Source: Abditibacterium sp.
GTDB taxonomy: Bacteria; Armatimonadota; Abditibacteriia; Abditibacteriales; Abditibacteriaceae
DNA length: 64,000 nt
Reading direction: 5' to 3'
NCBI GenBank assembly: GCA_965199495.1
Contig: CBDASK010000003.1
Span: 288,001-352,000 of the forward strand
Part shown: piece by piece, positions 13,010-22,684 of the stretch
How positions within the stretch are numbered: position 1 is the first letter of the stretch
Layout of the letters: the number at the start of each line of letters is the position of its first letter
Program-made: the position numbers and the translations under genes
The notes under the pieces: generated by a model
The model's input: the letters and a program-made list of their open reading frames with translations, nothing else
Told to the model about the DNA's origin: nothing
The model's database searches: none

Positions 13010-13549
13010 TTAATCCGCGTTGACCTTTCGTCCCTTCAACAAAAAGCGCGCGTCGAACTTCCCGCCATTATATAAATTGCAACAACTCGCGCACGCACCG
13101 ACGCGGCTGATGCGCCGCCGCCGCGAAATTTGTGAATTGCAATGCGCGCACGAATAAATCCAACCGTTTTTCGGCGTCGGAAGCGCGATGCCATGCCGCG
13201 TTTTGGGTTGGCCAATGGCGCGCGCTTTGGCACGAAACGCTGCCGTATGTCCGCACGGCAATTTTTGAATATGCAGCCATAAATGAATCATTTCGTGTTT
13301 GAGAATTTCGCGCAACGCCGTTTCGCCATCGCAAGCAGCCACGCCGCAGACTTCGTGCGTCGCGCCGTCTTTAAATGCGTCAATTAAAAGTGGAATCGAA
13401 AGAGTGATGACACGCGATTGCACGCGAATATTGCCCGCCGCACGCGTGAGGCGGCGGCTCCAGCGAATTTCGCACGCGGGCAGAATGTCATCGAACCATT
13501 CGGTGTTGAATTTTTGATAAAGCGCGTTTGCGTCGCAAATGGAGTTGAT
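13010..13549 (-). CDS. SprT-like zinc metalloprotease with C-terminal Cys cluster; probable non-canonical start
   Basis: HEMIH motif, GHTAAF, CxxC...CxxC. SprT N-terminal motif LYQKFN..F...LP..I.WS.RL...AG lies in frame upstream of the first GTG at 13423. Confidence 0.75.
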   Translation of the reverse strand: MNSICDANALYQKFNTEWFDDILPACEIRWSRRLTRAAGNIRVQSRVITLSIPLLIDAFKDGATHEVCGVAACDGETALREILKHEMIHLWLHIQKLPCGHTAAFRAKARAIGQPKTRHGIALPTPKNGWIYSCAHCNSQISRRRRISRVGACASCCNLYNGGKFDARFLLKGRKVNAD

Positions 13550-13718
13550 GAGAGAAATTTTACCAAGCGGGCGAACGCCGAATCAATCAGCGAGCGGAAA
13601 ATACGGGGCTAAACTGTTGCTAAAACGTCTTTGATACCGTGGCAAATCGAGAAGTCTGCGCCGATACTTTTGCGGCGCAGGGGCCGCGCTTCTTATACTC
13701 TGCCATTCGGAGGTCTCT

Positions 13719-14171
13719 ATGAACAAACCTATTGTGCGTTGTCGCTGCGGTCATCAGGTGTTGGGACGCGAAGTTTTGCGCACGCAACCCTGCGAGAAGC
13801 CTTCGGGCGCCGAAGCTGTTTACGTGAAATATCGCTGTCGTCGCTGCAAGAAGATCGGCGAGTCCTTCATCCCGCACGACGAATGGAATCCCGACATCTT
13901 CGACGTGCCCCACAACGAAATGAAAGCGGACGAACGCGACCGTTTCATCGGCGCGGGCGCCATCGAAAGCGGCGATGTCATCTCGTTTCACCGGGCGCTG
14001 CAAAAAGCGAACACTCTCGCCGAACTGTTGCGGCCCGAACCAACCAAAAGCGAAACGCGTCGTAAAATTGAACCGCGTGGGAGCAACGCAACGCCGCGCG
14101 AAAGCGATAAAACTAAAAACGATAAATCGCAGGGCGATAAACCACCGCGCAGTTTTCGGCGTGGGAAATAA
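13719..14171 (+). CDS. Hypothetical zinc-ribbon protein
   Basis: GGAGG RBS; CRCGH...CRRC; charged C-terminal tail. Confidence 0.7.
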   Translation: MNKPIVRCRCGHQVLGREVLRTQPCEKPSGAEAVYVKYRCRRCKKIGESFIPHDEWNPDIFDVPHNEMKADERDRFIGAGAIESGDVISFHRALQKANTLAELLRPEPTKSETRRKIEPRGSNATPRESDKTKNDKSQGDKPPRSFRRGK

Positions 14172-14246
14172 ATGTTTATTTCCAAGCGGTAGTTAAGTTG
14201 CAACTGTGTTCCCCGCGCGACGCTTCGTTGCGCTCCTTTTTCTGGC

Positions 14247-16049
14247 ATGAGCCACTCTTTCGATTTCCCCCAATTCTTTTCCGCCCGCGATGACATCACG
14301 GGCGGATTTGGCGATTTGGGGAACAATGAGGAGCCAGAGAAAAATCCGCCGGACGAAATAAGCGAAATCACCGCCGACTCTTTCGCCAGTTTGCCTTCGG
14401 ACAATCCCGCCGATAATCCGCTTGGCTCGTCAGTGGAAGAGGGTAGCGGCTTGCCTTCGGCTGCGGAACTTGAGCAAACTTTGCAACGTTTGATGCGCCG
14501 CGTTTCGATGTTGGTGCAGGCCGAAAAGTGCGTGTTTCTGCTGCACGACCGCGACAGCCACGAGCTGGTGGCTCGTCCGCCAGCATTGGGATTTTCGCGC
14601 GAGCAGTTGCGGGCTTTGCGCTTGCCGCTCGACGAGGGCGTGGCTGCTCAGGCGTTTCGCGGCGGCACAGCGATTGTTGTCGAGAACGAGGCCAGCTTTA
14701 GCGAAAGCGACGCCGCGTGGGCCAAGGCGTTGGATGCGCGCAACCTCATCGCGTACCCGTTGGTGTTGGAGCGCCGCGACGAACACGAACACATCGCAAC
14801 TAATGTGACTGTCGGCGTGTTTCTGGTTCTCAATAAGCGCGGCAAATCGGGATTCACGCCCGAAGATTTGCATCTGCTTTCGGTGATGGCGCGCCAAGTC
14901 ACGGCGGTTATCGCCGACGCGCAGATTTATCTGCAACTCACCGAAGAAAAAGAGCAGCTCGCCGCCACGCTGCAAAGTCTGGGTTCGGGCGTGCTGATGA
15001 TCGAACCGACCGGCCATATCTCGCAGTTCAACGCCGCCGCGCGCGCTCTCTTTGGCGTGCCCGAAGGCATCGGCTTGGGGCGTCCCTTCGATGAAGTGAT
15101 TCACGAACCACAAATCGTTGAACTGCTGCACACCACGCTCAAGGACGGCAAAGAGGGGCGCGCCGAACTCGAAATCGAATTGCCCGGCAACCACGAGCCG
15201 CGCATATATCAGGCGCAGACGACTTTGGTGCGCGGTGAAAAAGGCGGATTTCCAGAGGTTTTGGGGTTGGCGACGATCTTCACCGACATCACCGAAATTC
15301 GCAACGTCGAAAGGATGAAAACCGCCTTCGTCTCGACGGTTTCGCACGAGTTGCGCACGCCGCTCACTTCAATCAAAGGTTTCGTTTCGACGCTGTTACA
15401 AGATACCGAAGGCTACTTCGATACCGAAACGCGACAGGAATTTTATGGGATTATAGATAACGAATGTGACCGATTGAAGCGTTTAATTGATGATTTACTC
15501 AACGTCTCGCGCATCGAATCGGGGCGCGCGTTGCAGATGCAGTGGGGCACGTTCGAGCCGTTAGCCATCATCGAAAAGGTGATGCAGGCGCAACGTTCTT
15601 ACACCGACAAACACCGCTTGATTTTAGATTTCAACGGCGAAGTGCCGCAGATCGTCGGCGACGCGGACAAGTTCGATCAGATTTTGACGAATCTGATTTC
15701 TAACGCCATCAAATATTCGCCGCTCGGCGGCGAAGTGCGCGTCGAAGTGGACGCTTCCGATCACGATCTCACCCTCAGCGTTAGCGATCAGGGCATCGGC
15801 TTGCCCGCCGATAAATTGTCGCGCATCTTCGAGAAATTCGAGCGCATTGACAACCGCGATACCCGTCAGGCGGGCGGTACAGGCATTGGTCTTTTTTTAG
15901 TCAAACATTTGGTCGAGCGCCACGAAGGCACGATTTCGGTGAGTTCGACAGTCGGTAAAGGCACGACTTTTACGGTTCATTTGCCTCTGCGCCCCAGAGA
16001 AGCCGCCGCCGAAGCGCAGGCCGACGCCGACGAAGATGCGCGCAAATAG
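14247..16049 (+). CDS. GAF/PAS sensor histidine kinase
   Basis: GAF region (LVLNKRG..FT.ED), PAS (FNAAA), SHELRTPL, NAIKYS, GTGIGL. Confidence 0.92.
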   Translation: MSHSFDFPQFFSARDDITGGFGDLGNNEEPEKNPPDEISEITADSFASLPSDNPADNPLGSSVEEGSGLPSAAELEQTLQRLMRRVSMLVQAEKCVFLLHDRDSHELVARPPALGFSREQLRALRLPLDEGVAAQAFRGGTAIVVENEASFSESDAAWAKALDARNLIAYPLVLERRDEHEHIATNVTVGVFLVLNKRGKSGFTPEDLHLLSVMARQVTAVIADAQIYLQLTEEKEQLAATLQSLGSGVLMIEPTGHISQFNAAARALFGVPEGIGLGRPFDEVIHEPQIVELLHTTLKDGKEGRAELEIELPGNHEPRIYQAQTTLVRGEKGGFPEVLGLATIFTDITEIRNVERMKTAFVSTVSHELRTPLTSIKGFVSTLLQDTEGYFDTETRQEFYGIIDNECDRLKRLIDDLLNVSRIESGRALQMQWGTFEPLAIIEKVMQAQRSYTDKHRLILDFNGEVPQIVGDADKFDQILTNLISNAIKYSPLGGEVRVEVDASDHDLTLSVSDQGIGLPADKLSRIFEKFERIDNRDTRQAGGTGIGLFLVKHLVERHEGTISVSSTVGKGTTFTVHLPLRPREAAAEAQADADEDARK

Positions 16050-16131
16050 AAGCCAAGTGTCAGCGTGAAAATTTAAAGTTTTGCTGTTTAACTTTTCGTG
16101 TGTCCTCGTCTTCTGTATCCTAATTAAAACC

Positions 16132-16578
16132 ATGAAAATAGCCATTGGCGGCGATCACGCCGGATTTCCCCTTAAAACTGAACTGATTCCGCTTATCATC
16201 GAGATGGGCCACGAAGTCATTGACTGCGGCACCGATTCCACGGTCGCTGTAGATTATCCCGATTTTTCGCGCGCCGTCGGCGAATTGGTGCGCGACGGTG
16301 CCGTTGATCGCGGCATCGTGATTTGCGGTTCGGGCGCAGGAGCCACCGTGGCCGCCAACAAAATCAAAGGCGTGCGCGCGGCGCTGGCCCACGATCACTA
16401 TTCGGCGCATCAGGGCGTCGAACACGACGACATAAACGTGCTAACAATGGGTTCACGCGTTATCGGAACCGCGATTGCCACCGAAGTGACACAAGCGTTT
16501 CTAAACGCGAATTTTAGCGGTGAGGAGCGTCATGTGCGGCGTTTGAAGAAAGTGATGGAAATTGAAGCGGAGAATTAA
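16132..16578 (+). CDS. rpiB: Ribose-5-phosphate isomerase B
   Basis: [38 protein letters not shown]. Confidence 0.95.
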   Translation: MKIAIGGDHAGFPLKTELIPLIIEMGHEVIDCGTDSTVAVDYPDFSRAVGELVRDGAVDRGIVICGSGAGATVAANKIKGVRAALAHDHYSAHQGVEHDDINVLTMGSRVIGTAIATEVTQAFLNANFSGEERHVRRLKKVMEIEAEN

Positions 16579-16607
16579 GGGAACAATGTCCGCTATTGCC
16601 AAAAACA

Positions 16608-16641
16608 AAAAACCGCGCTGACCCAAATCAGCGCGGTTTTT
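16608..16641. terminator. Bidirectional intrinsic terminator
   Basis: AAAAACCGCGCTGA-loop-TCAGCGCGGTTTTT between convergent genes. Confidence 0.8.
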
Positions 16642-16656
16642 CGTTCTATTCCAACT

Positions 16657-17433
16657 CTATTTTTCGATTTCGCTATCGGGCGCGCCCGGCACTGGCGCGG
16701 GCACGGCGCCGCCGGTGGCTTTGACTTTGGGCAGCAATTGTTGAATCGCCGCGACGCGCTTTTTGCCTTCGGGGTGATCGCTGAGCCATTGAAACGCGCT
16801 GTCGCCATCGTCCTCGTTGGACAAACGTTGAAGCACCGTCACCATCGCGTTGGGATCGAAACCGGCGCGCTCCATGCGCGCCAAGCCTTCTCGGTCGGCC
16901 TGATATTCGTTGGCTCGACTATATTTCTGCGTCATCGCGTCGCTACCGATGCTGAGCGCCTGACCTAAAGCGGGCGGAATTCCCAGCAAAATCGAGCCGA
17001 CGGCCAACAATGTCCCGCGTCCGTTGGCTTTGGCCGAAGACTTGGCGTAATGATGATCTTCGGCGTGCGTGATTTCGTGGCCTAACACGGCGGCCAGTTC
17101 GTCATCGGTTTTGACGACTTTGCGCAAACCGGTGTAAACGAAAACGTGGCCGCCCGGCAAACAAAACGCGTTGATTTCGGGCGAGTCAATGACGTGAAAA
17201 TCGTATTGAAATTCGGGATTAGAAACCGCCGCCAAGCGCTTGCCAACGCGCTCGACCCAATCGGCGACCGGGCCAGTCACAATCGGCGCATTTTTCTCGA
17301 TGTCTGCGGCGGCTTCCTGCCCGACGCGCCGCTCTTTGGCGGGCGAAACCGAGAACGGCCCGGCATGAGCCACGCGCGGCGCCAACGGCATCACGGCTGA
17401 AATGGCAAGAGTGAAAACAAGCGTTTTTTTCAT
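16657..17433 (-). CDS. Exported M48 family metallopeptidase
   Basis: Signal peptide, NAFCLPGG, GHEITH, YSRANEYQAD, SDHP. Confidence 0.9.
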   Translation of the reverse strand: MKKTLVFTLAISAVMPLAPRVAHAGPFSVSPAKERRVGQEAAADIEKNAPIVTGPVADWVERVGKRLAAVSNPEFQYDFHVIDSPEINAFCLPGGHVFVYTGLRKVVKTDDELAAVLGHEITHAEDHHYAKSSAKANGRGTLLAVGSILLGIPPALGQALSIGSDAMTQKYSRANEYQADREGLARMERAGFDPNAMVTVLQRLSNEDDGDSAFQWLSDHPEGKKRVAAIQQLLPKVKATGGAVPAPVPGAPDSEIEK

Positions 17434-17495
17434 GGAAGTCAGTTGAAGATTTTGAGTAAGAAGCAAAAGTGCCCAGCGAGCGATGTTACCGCCTC

Positions 17496-17716
17496 CTAAT
17501 TAACCCTGTGTGCAAGTTCTATTCACGTTCAATCTCTCCCTTTTGTCATTCTGAGCGAAGAGAGGAACGAACGCAGTCGAAGAAACCATAACGTTGAACT
17601 CGCGACGAACGTCAAACTCCGTCGCAACCTGTGGATTCTTCGACTGCGTTCGTTCCTCACTACGCTCAGAATGACAACGACGGCAAGTTCTAAATCTTGC
17701 ACATAGGGTTAATTAG
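17496..17716 (+). mobile_element. Composite MITE-like element, copy 1
   Basis: Terminal IR CTAATTAACCCT(G/A)TGTGCAAG; inner IR TTGTCATTCTGAGCG...CGCTCAGAATGACAA; homologous to 29919-30141. Confidence 0.7.
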
Positions 17717-17730
17717 AATCAATTGCGAAC

Positions 17731-18795
17731 TTACGGCACCAAGCGCAAGCCCAGCGTGCCGGTAAAGTCCACCCACGACGGATCGCTTTTGCGCCCGGCG
17801 GCGTTGATGGTGCGGCTTTGGCCGCGCGCGTCAATCGCCATTTGGCCGCGCACGATTTGACCTTTGGCAGCGTCGAACCACAAATCGCCGTCCACGGTTT
17901 GAGAAACGTTGTCCAACTGCGGCGTAAATTTCGCGCCGTTTTTGGGCGCGGTCGGCGCGGGCAAATTCTTGCCGTCCAACTCGATACCGCCGACGATACC
18001 CACGCGCCACAACGAAACGCCGTCCACAACTTCCTGGTCTTTGAGCGTCATCGTCCATTTGCTGAGCGGCGGCGCGGTTTTCGCGATTTCAGGCGTGCGC
18101 GCGATAAACGCGGGCAACGCCAATTCGGTTTGCCAAGTGTCGCCGGGTTTGACATCGCCTTTGGGCCACAACGTCGGCAACGCGTTCAAAATCGTCGAAG
18201 CGATCAAACCGCCTTTATCCGCCGCCATTTTCGAGTTATCTTCCTCAGCGACCAATTTCAACGGCGCCGTGGCTGCTGTTGCCGCGACCGTCGGCAATAA
18301 CTGGCCGTCTTTGCCGACTTGTTTCACGCCTTTAACGCGGCCATCTTTGCTCACGATTAACGCGTAGGCTTTGTTATCGGCTTTATCGCCCGGTTTTTTG
18401 TCGGGCACAACGCCGCCCATTGGCTTGCCGTTGAACAAAACACGCGGTTTGCCATCGCGCAGTTCGAGCAAAACTTTCTGGCCGAAAGAGCTGCCGTTCA
18501 AATCGAATTTCGGCAACTGCGCCAATAAAGTTCCATCCCCAGTCGGACTCACTTCGAGCGTTTTGAGCGTTGCCGTGCCTTTGCCGTTCAACTCGACTTC
18601 GAGCGGCACGCCCGCAAAGACAACCGGCATTTCGGACGGCACTTTCAAATTGGCGGTGCCGTCCATCGCGATGTCATAGTTGAGCGATTGGCCCGCCTGA
18701 AATTTTTGCTGGAGTTCGACGGCGCGCGCCGGAGTTAAAGCGACCGTCGCCAAAACGCCAGCAGCCAACAGGGAAAGAATGGGTTTGTGTTTCAT
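17731..18795 (-). CDS. Exported hypothetical protein
   Basis: MKHKPILS signal peptide ending in ARA; typical codon usage. Confidence 0.75.
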   Translation of the reverse strand: MKHKPILSLLAAGVLATVALTPARAVELQQKFQAGQSLNYDIAMDGTANLKVPSEMPVVFAGVPLEVELNGKGTATLKTLEVSPTGDGTLLAQLPKFDLNGSSFGQKVLLELRDGKPRVLFNGKPMGGVVPDKKPGDKADNKAYALIVSKDGRVKGVKQVGKDGQLLPTVAATAATAPLKLVAEEDNSKMAADKGGLIASTILNALPTLWPKGDVKPGDTWQTELALPAFIARTPEIAKTAPPLSKWTMTLKDQEVVDGVSLWRVGIVGGIELDGKNLPAPTAPKNGAKFTPQLDNVSQTVDGDLWFDAAKGQIVRGQMAIDARGQSRTINAAGRKSDPSWVDFTGTLGLRLVP

Positions 18796-18993
18796 GGCAA
18801 ATAATGAACTTAATTTTCGACGTTTCCAGACGCGAAAAAGCGGTGAGCAGACCAAAAAATTTGACGGTCAAATGTCAAGTTAATTAAGGCCGATAATAAC
18901 GGCAAATTTAAATAACAAACACCGAGACGACTGGTCTCGGTGTTTGAACTTTTATTTAAGGGAGAGTTGCATCTCGACAAATTAATCCCTGAA

Positions 18994-19650
18994 TTAATTG
19001 CTCAAGGGCGCGTCTTCATACTCTTGCGATTCGGAATCTTCGTCGTCTTCCAAATCATCTTCATCGCTTTGAGTTTCGGATGTCGCGGCCTCATCGTCGT
19101 CCTGCATCTCGAATTCGCCGGGGAAGCCACGGCCAATCGGTCGCTGCAACTGGCCGGGGTTAAGCACGACTTCCGGCCCCATCTGAATAAATTCGGTGGC
19201 CGATAACCGCAACTCTTCGGCGGTCGAATAGGGAAACGAGTAGACCTCGACGCGCACGCCGCGCGCCTTGAGAAAATTGACCAATTCGACGAAATCGCCG
19301 TCGCCCGAAACAATCGCGATAACGTCCAGGCGGTCGCTCATCGCCATCGCGTCCAAGGCCATGCCCATGTCCCAATCGCCTTTGGCGGTCCCGTCGGGAC
19401 GTTGCTTGAGGTCTTTGATGCGCACTTCGTAGCCGTTGGAGCGCAGCATCGTGAGGAAATTGCTTTGGTCAATTTCGGGCGTGCGCACGATATAAGCGAT
19501 GGCGCGGCACAAAGGGCGACCTTTGGCGATATAATCCAGCAGTTTGGTAAAGTTCAGTTTGGAGCCATACAAATGTTTGGCTGCATAGAACATGTTCTGG
19601 ACGTCGATAAAAATACCGACGCGCTGTTCAAAGGGAATCTGTCTTGGCAC
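18994..19650 (-). CDS. NYN domain protein (LabA/DUF88)
   Basis: IFIDVQN, KGDWDMGMALD, VSGDGDF; AGGAG RBS before GTG; acidic tail. Confidence 0.9.
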   Translation of the reverse strand: MPRQIPFEQRVGIFIDVQNMFYAAKHLYGSKLNFTKLLDYIAKGRPLCRAIAYIVRTPEIDQSNFLTMLRSNGYEVRIKDLKQRPDGTAKGDWDMGMALDAMAMSDRLDVIAIVSGDGDFVELVNFLKARGVRVEVYSFPYSTAEELRLSATEFIQMGPEVVLNPGQLQRPIGRGFPGEFEMQDDDEAATSETQSDEDDLEDDEDSESQEYEDAPLSN

Positions 19651-20006
19651 TATTTTTTCTCCTGAAATTCTGATACAACTCACCCAATCAAATGCAAATG
19701 CGTTTCGTTTTCTATCCGCGATTGCGAGGTATGACTATGGATTCGTGATGCTTGGATAGAGACGCAAACATTCTCTGTTTCCACAAAGAATCCGCGACTT
19801 GAGACGCGCTATTTTGCTCTGGCAATAAACGGGCGCGCCGTGGCTGCTTCGCGCGTTAATTTCCGTTCAACTCACATTTTGACAGAATTAGCCAACGCGC
19901 GTCGAGTTGAATTGTGAATTTTATTTGCAGAATCAATTCGGAGGCGTTGTTTTAAGCGCGAGGAAAAGAATAAGTTTGTTCTCAAATATCATTAGAAAAA
20001 CTAAAA

Positions 20007-20816
20007 ATGAATTTCAATCTCTACTGGAAAGTCGCTCTGCTCGGCTGGCAAGATTCGCTGGTTTACCGCCTCAACGCTCTCGTCTGGGTGCTTTACGCCG
20101 TCGTGCCTTCGCTCACGCTGATGCTTGTCTGGCTCGCCGCTTACTCGGACAGCCACGGCGCCTCGATTGGCGGTTACAACCTGAGCGAAATGCTGACGTA
20201 TTATTTGTTCGTCACCGCATTGAGCGTCGCGATTACGCCGCATCCCGAATGGGACATCGCCGCCACAATTCGCGACGGCAAACTGACGCCGTTTCTGCTG
20301 CGTCCCGTCGGTTATTTCGGCTACCGTTTCTCGTGGGAAAGCGCCTATCAAATCGTCAAATCGTTCATGATGCTGCCCGCCATCGCGCTGTTGTGGTGGC
20401 TATTTCGCGATTATATCGCTCTGCCCCATTTAACTTTTGCGCGCGGAATTTTATTCGTTTTATCGGCACTGGGCGCTTACGTCGTGTTGAGCCAACTCAA
20501 ATTTCTGCTGGGAATTTCGGCGTTCTGGATTCTCGAACCCGGCGGCTTAATGGAAATCTGGAACGTTCTCAACGGCCTGTTCGCCGGTCGCTTATTGCCG
20601 CTCACGCTTTTGCCGATGTGGGCGCAAACATTGGCGAATATTCTGCCGTTTTCGATTCTCTACGCGTTCCCGATGTCAATTTTGCTGGGTCGCGCGACAC
20701 CCGAAGAATTAATCTGGGGTTTCGCGCGCCAAATCGTATGGATTGGATTGTTATCGTTGGCCGTGCGCTGGACGTGGAATCGCGGTTTATTGGCTTACGA
20801 GTCAGTCGGCGGGTAG
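20007..20816 (+). CDS. ABC-2 family transporter permease
   Basis: About 6 TM segments; IRDGKLTPFLLRP, LPF, terminal YESVGG. Confidence 0.85.
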   Translation: MNFNLYWKVALLGWQDSLVYRLNALVWVLYAVVPSLTLMLVWLAAYSDSHGASIGGYNLSEMLTYYLFVTALSVAITPHPEWDIAATIRDGKLTPFLLRPVGYFGYRFSWESAYQIVKSFMMLPAIALLWWLFRDYIALPHLTFARGILFVLSALGAYVVLSQLKFLLGISAFWILEPGGLMEIWNVLNGLFAGRLLPLTLLPMWAQTLANILPFSILYAFPMSILLGRATPEELIWGFARQIVWIGLLSLAVRWTWNRGLLAYESVGG

Positions 20817-20851
20817 TTTCGGATTTTTGAAATACCTCAAACTAAACAGAC

Positions 20852-21607
20852 ATGAAAATTCTGGTTTTGTCCGATGTTCACGGCAATCGTTTCGGCTTGG
20901 AAGCCGTTTTAGAATATGGCGCGCAGTGCGATAAAATTTTGTGTCTGGGCGACATCGTCGGCTACGGCGCGCATCCCAACGAATGTTGCGAGATGCTGCG
21001 CGAGCGCGCGGCGATTTGTCTGTCGGGCAACCACGACGCGGCGGTTTTGGGCGAGATTTCGACGGAGTGGTTCAACGACATCGCAGCCACCGCCGCCTTG
21101 TGGACGCGCCGCCAGATGACGCCCGACAACTTGGCGTGGCTGGGAACATTACCGGCGGGTTTGGAATTTCCCGACTGGAATTTTCAGGCAGTTCATGCCA
21201 GTTTGAGATCGCCGTGGGAAGAATATATTTTGAGCGATGACATCGCGCTGGGTTCGTTCAAGGAAATGGTGCGTCCACTGTTGTTCTTTGGCCACACGCA
21301 TCAGGCGATGTGCGCGACGATCACCGCCGACCGCGCGCGCTGGCACAGTTATCTCGATGTCGAGTGGCACGATTTGCCCGCAGGCGCCGTCATCGAGTTA
21401 GACGAACAAGAGATGGCAATGATCAATCCCGGTTCGTGCGGCCAACCGCGCGACCGCGTGCCGCTCGCCAAAGCCGCGATTTTCGATGTGGACGCTCAAA
21501 TGGTGGATATTTTCACGACGCCCTACGACGTGGAAGCGGCGCGCGAAGCGATCATCGAAGCGGGTTTGCCCACGTCTTTGGGCGACCGTTTGTTGAAGGG
21601 ACGCTAA
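20852..21607 (+). CDS. Metallophosphoesterase (YfcE-like family)
   Basis: SDVHGN, GDIVGYG, GNHD, GHTH, NPGSCGQPRD. Confidence 0.9.
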   Translation: MKILVLSDVHGNRFGLEAVLEYGAQCDKILCLGDIVGYGAHPNECCEMLRERAAICLSGNHDAAVLGEISTEWFNDIAATAALWTRRQMTPDNLAWLGTLPAGLEFPDWNFQAVHASLRSPWEEYILSDDIALGSFKEMVRPLLFFGHTHQAMCATITADRARWHSYLDVEWHDLPAGAVIELDEQEMAMINPGSCGQPRDRVPLAKAAIFDVDAQMVDIFTTPYDVEAAREAIIEAGLPTSLGDRLLKGR

Positions 21608-21663
21608 AGCTAAAATAAAAAAGCCAATCGCGAATGTCGCGATTGACTTTTTTTGTTTTATCG

Positions 21664-21738
21664 GGCGAGAGATGGGGCTCGAACCCACGACCTCCTGAAC
21701 CACAATCAGGCGCTCTAACCAGCTGAGCTACACCCGCC
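21664..21738 (-). tRNA. tRNA-His (GTG)
   Basis: Cloverleaf with D arm GCTC/GAGC, anticodon arm CCTGA-TTGTGGT-TCAGG, T loop TTCGAGC, G-1:C73. CCA not encoded. TTGAAA-N17-TAATAT upstream. Confidence 0.95.
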
Positions 21739-21825
21739 GTTTTGCTCAAGAGATATTACCGCAAATCGAAGCCAATTTCAAGGGCTATTGCCAAGAAAAT
21801 TTCGAGCGGCACGTTTATCACCGCT

Positions 21826-22635
21826 TCAAAACATCGCCACGCGTCTGCCGCGTCCGATAACGCGCGCGTCGCGCCATTGCGTCGTCATCCAAATTTTGGC
21901 ACGGCGCGTCGCTTCGAGCGGCTCGACATTTTGAGCCAACTGCGCGGCTAAAGCCGAGGCCAACAGACAGCCCGTTCCACGCACACCTTCGCCGGGAATA
22001 CGTGGCGCACTTAACAGTTCGATTTGGTTTTCGGCGCAGTAAACATCAATTGATTCGTCGGGCGAATTTTCCAAATGTCCGCCTTTGAGCAACACGATTT
22101 GGGCGCCGCAGTTCGCGCGCAAATCGCGCGCGACGCTTTGCATCGCGGCTTCATCGTTAATGACGCGACCAGACAAAATTTGCGCTTCGGGCACGTTAGG
22201 TATCAGCATCGTGGCGAGCGGAAATATCTGCGCGCGCATCGCGGCGAGGGTCGCATCGTCGCTCCAAACCGGGCCGCGCGTGGGCGCCAAAACCGGGTCA
22301 ACGACAATTGGAACATCGTGGCGCGCGGTAAATTCGGCGACGACCTCGATAGCAGCCACGTCGGGTAACAGTCCGATTTTTATGGCGTCAAACGCGATGT
22401 CGGCGGCCAAAGTTTCGAGTTGCAACTTCAACAAATTGGGCGCCGTGGCTGCAACGGCGCACACGCCGACGGTATTTTGCGGCACCAGGGCGGTTTGCAC
22501 ACCCAATGCGTAGGCGCCAAAGGCGGCGACGGCGCGCGCGTCGGCCAAAAGTCCGGCGCCGCCGCACGGATCGAATCCGGCGATAGACAAAACAATCGCG
22601 GTTTTTGGTGGGAGATTTCCATGAGCGAGGGACAT
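21826..22635 (-). CDS. thiD: Hydroxymethylpyrimidine/phosphomethylpyrimidine kinase
   Basis: SIAGFDPCGGAG, VDPV, PNVPEA, LKGGH, RGTGC. Confidence 0.9.
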   Translation of the reverse strand: MSLAHGNLPPKTAIVLSIAGFDPCGGAGLLADARAVAAFGAYALGVQTALVPQNTVGVCAVAATAPNLLKLQLETLAADIAFDAIKIGLLPDVAAIEVVAEFTARHDVPIVVDPVLAPTRGPVWSDDATLAAMRAQIFPLATMLIPNVPEAQILSGRVINDEAAMQSVARDLRANCGAQIVLLKGGHLENSPDESIDVYCAENQIELLSAPRIPGEGVRGTGCLLASALAAQLAQNVEPLEATRRAKIWMTTQWRDARVIGRGRRVAMF

Positions 22636-22684
22636 AAACGAAATTTGGGAAACCGTTTTGCAATTCCCGGCAGCTCCTTTTATT

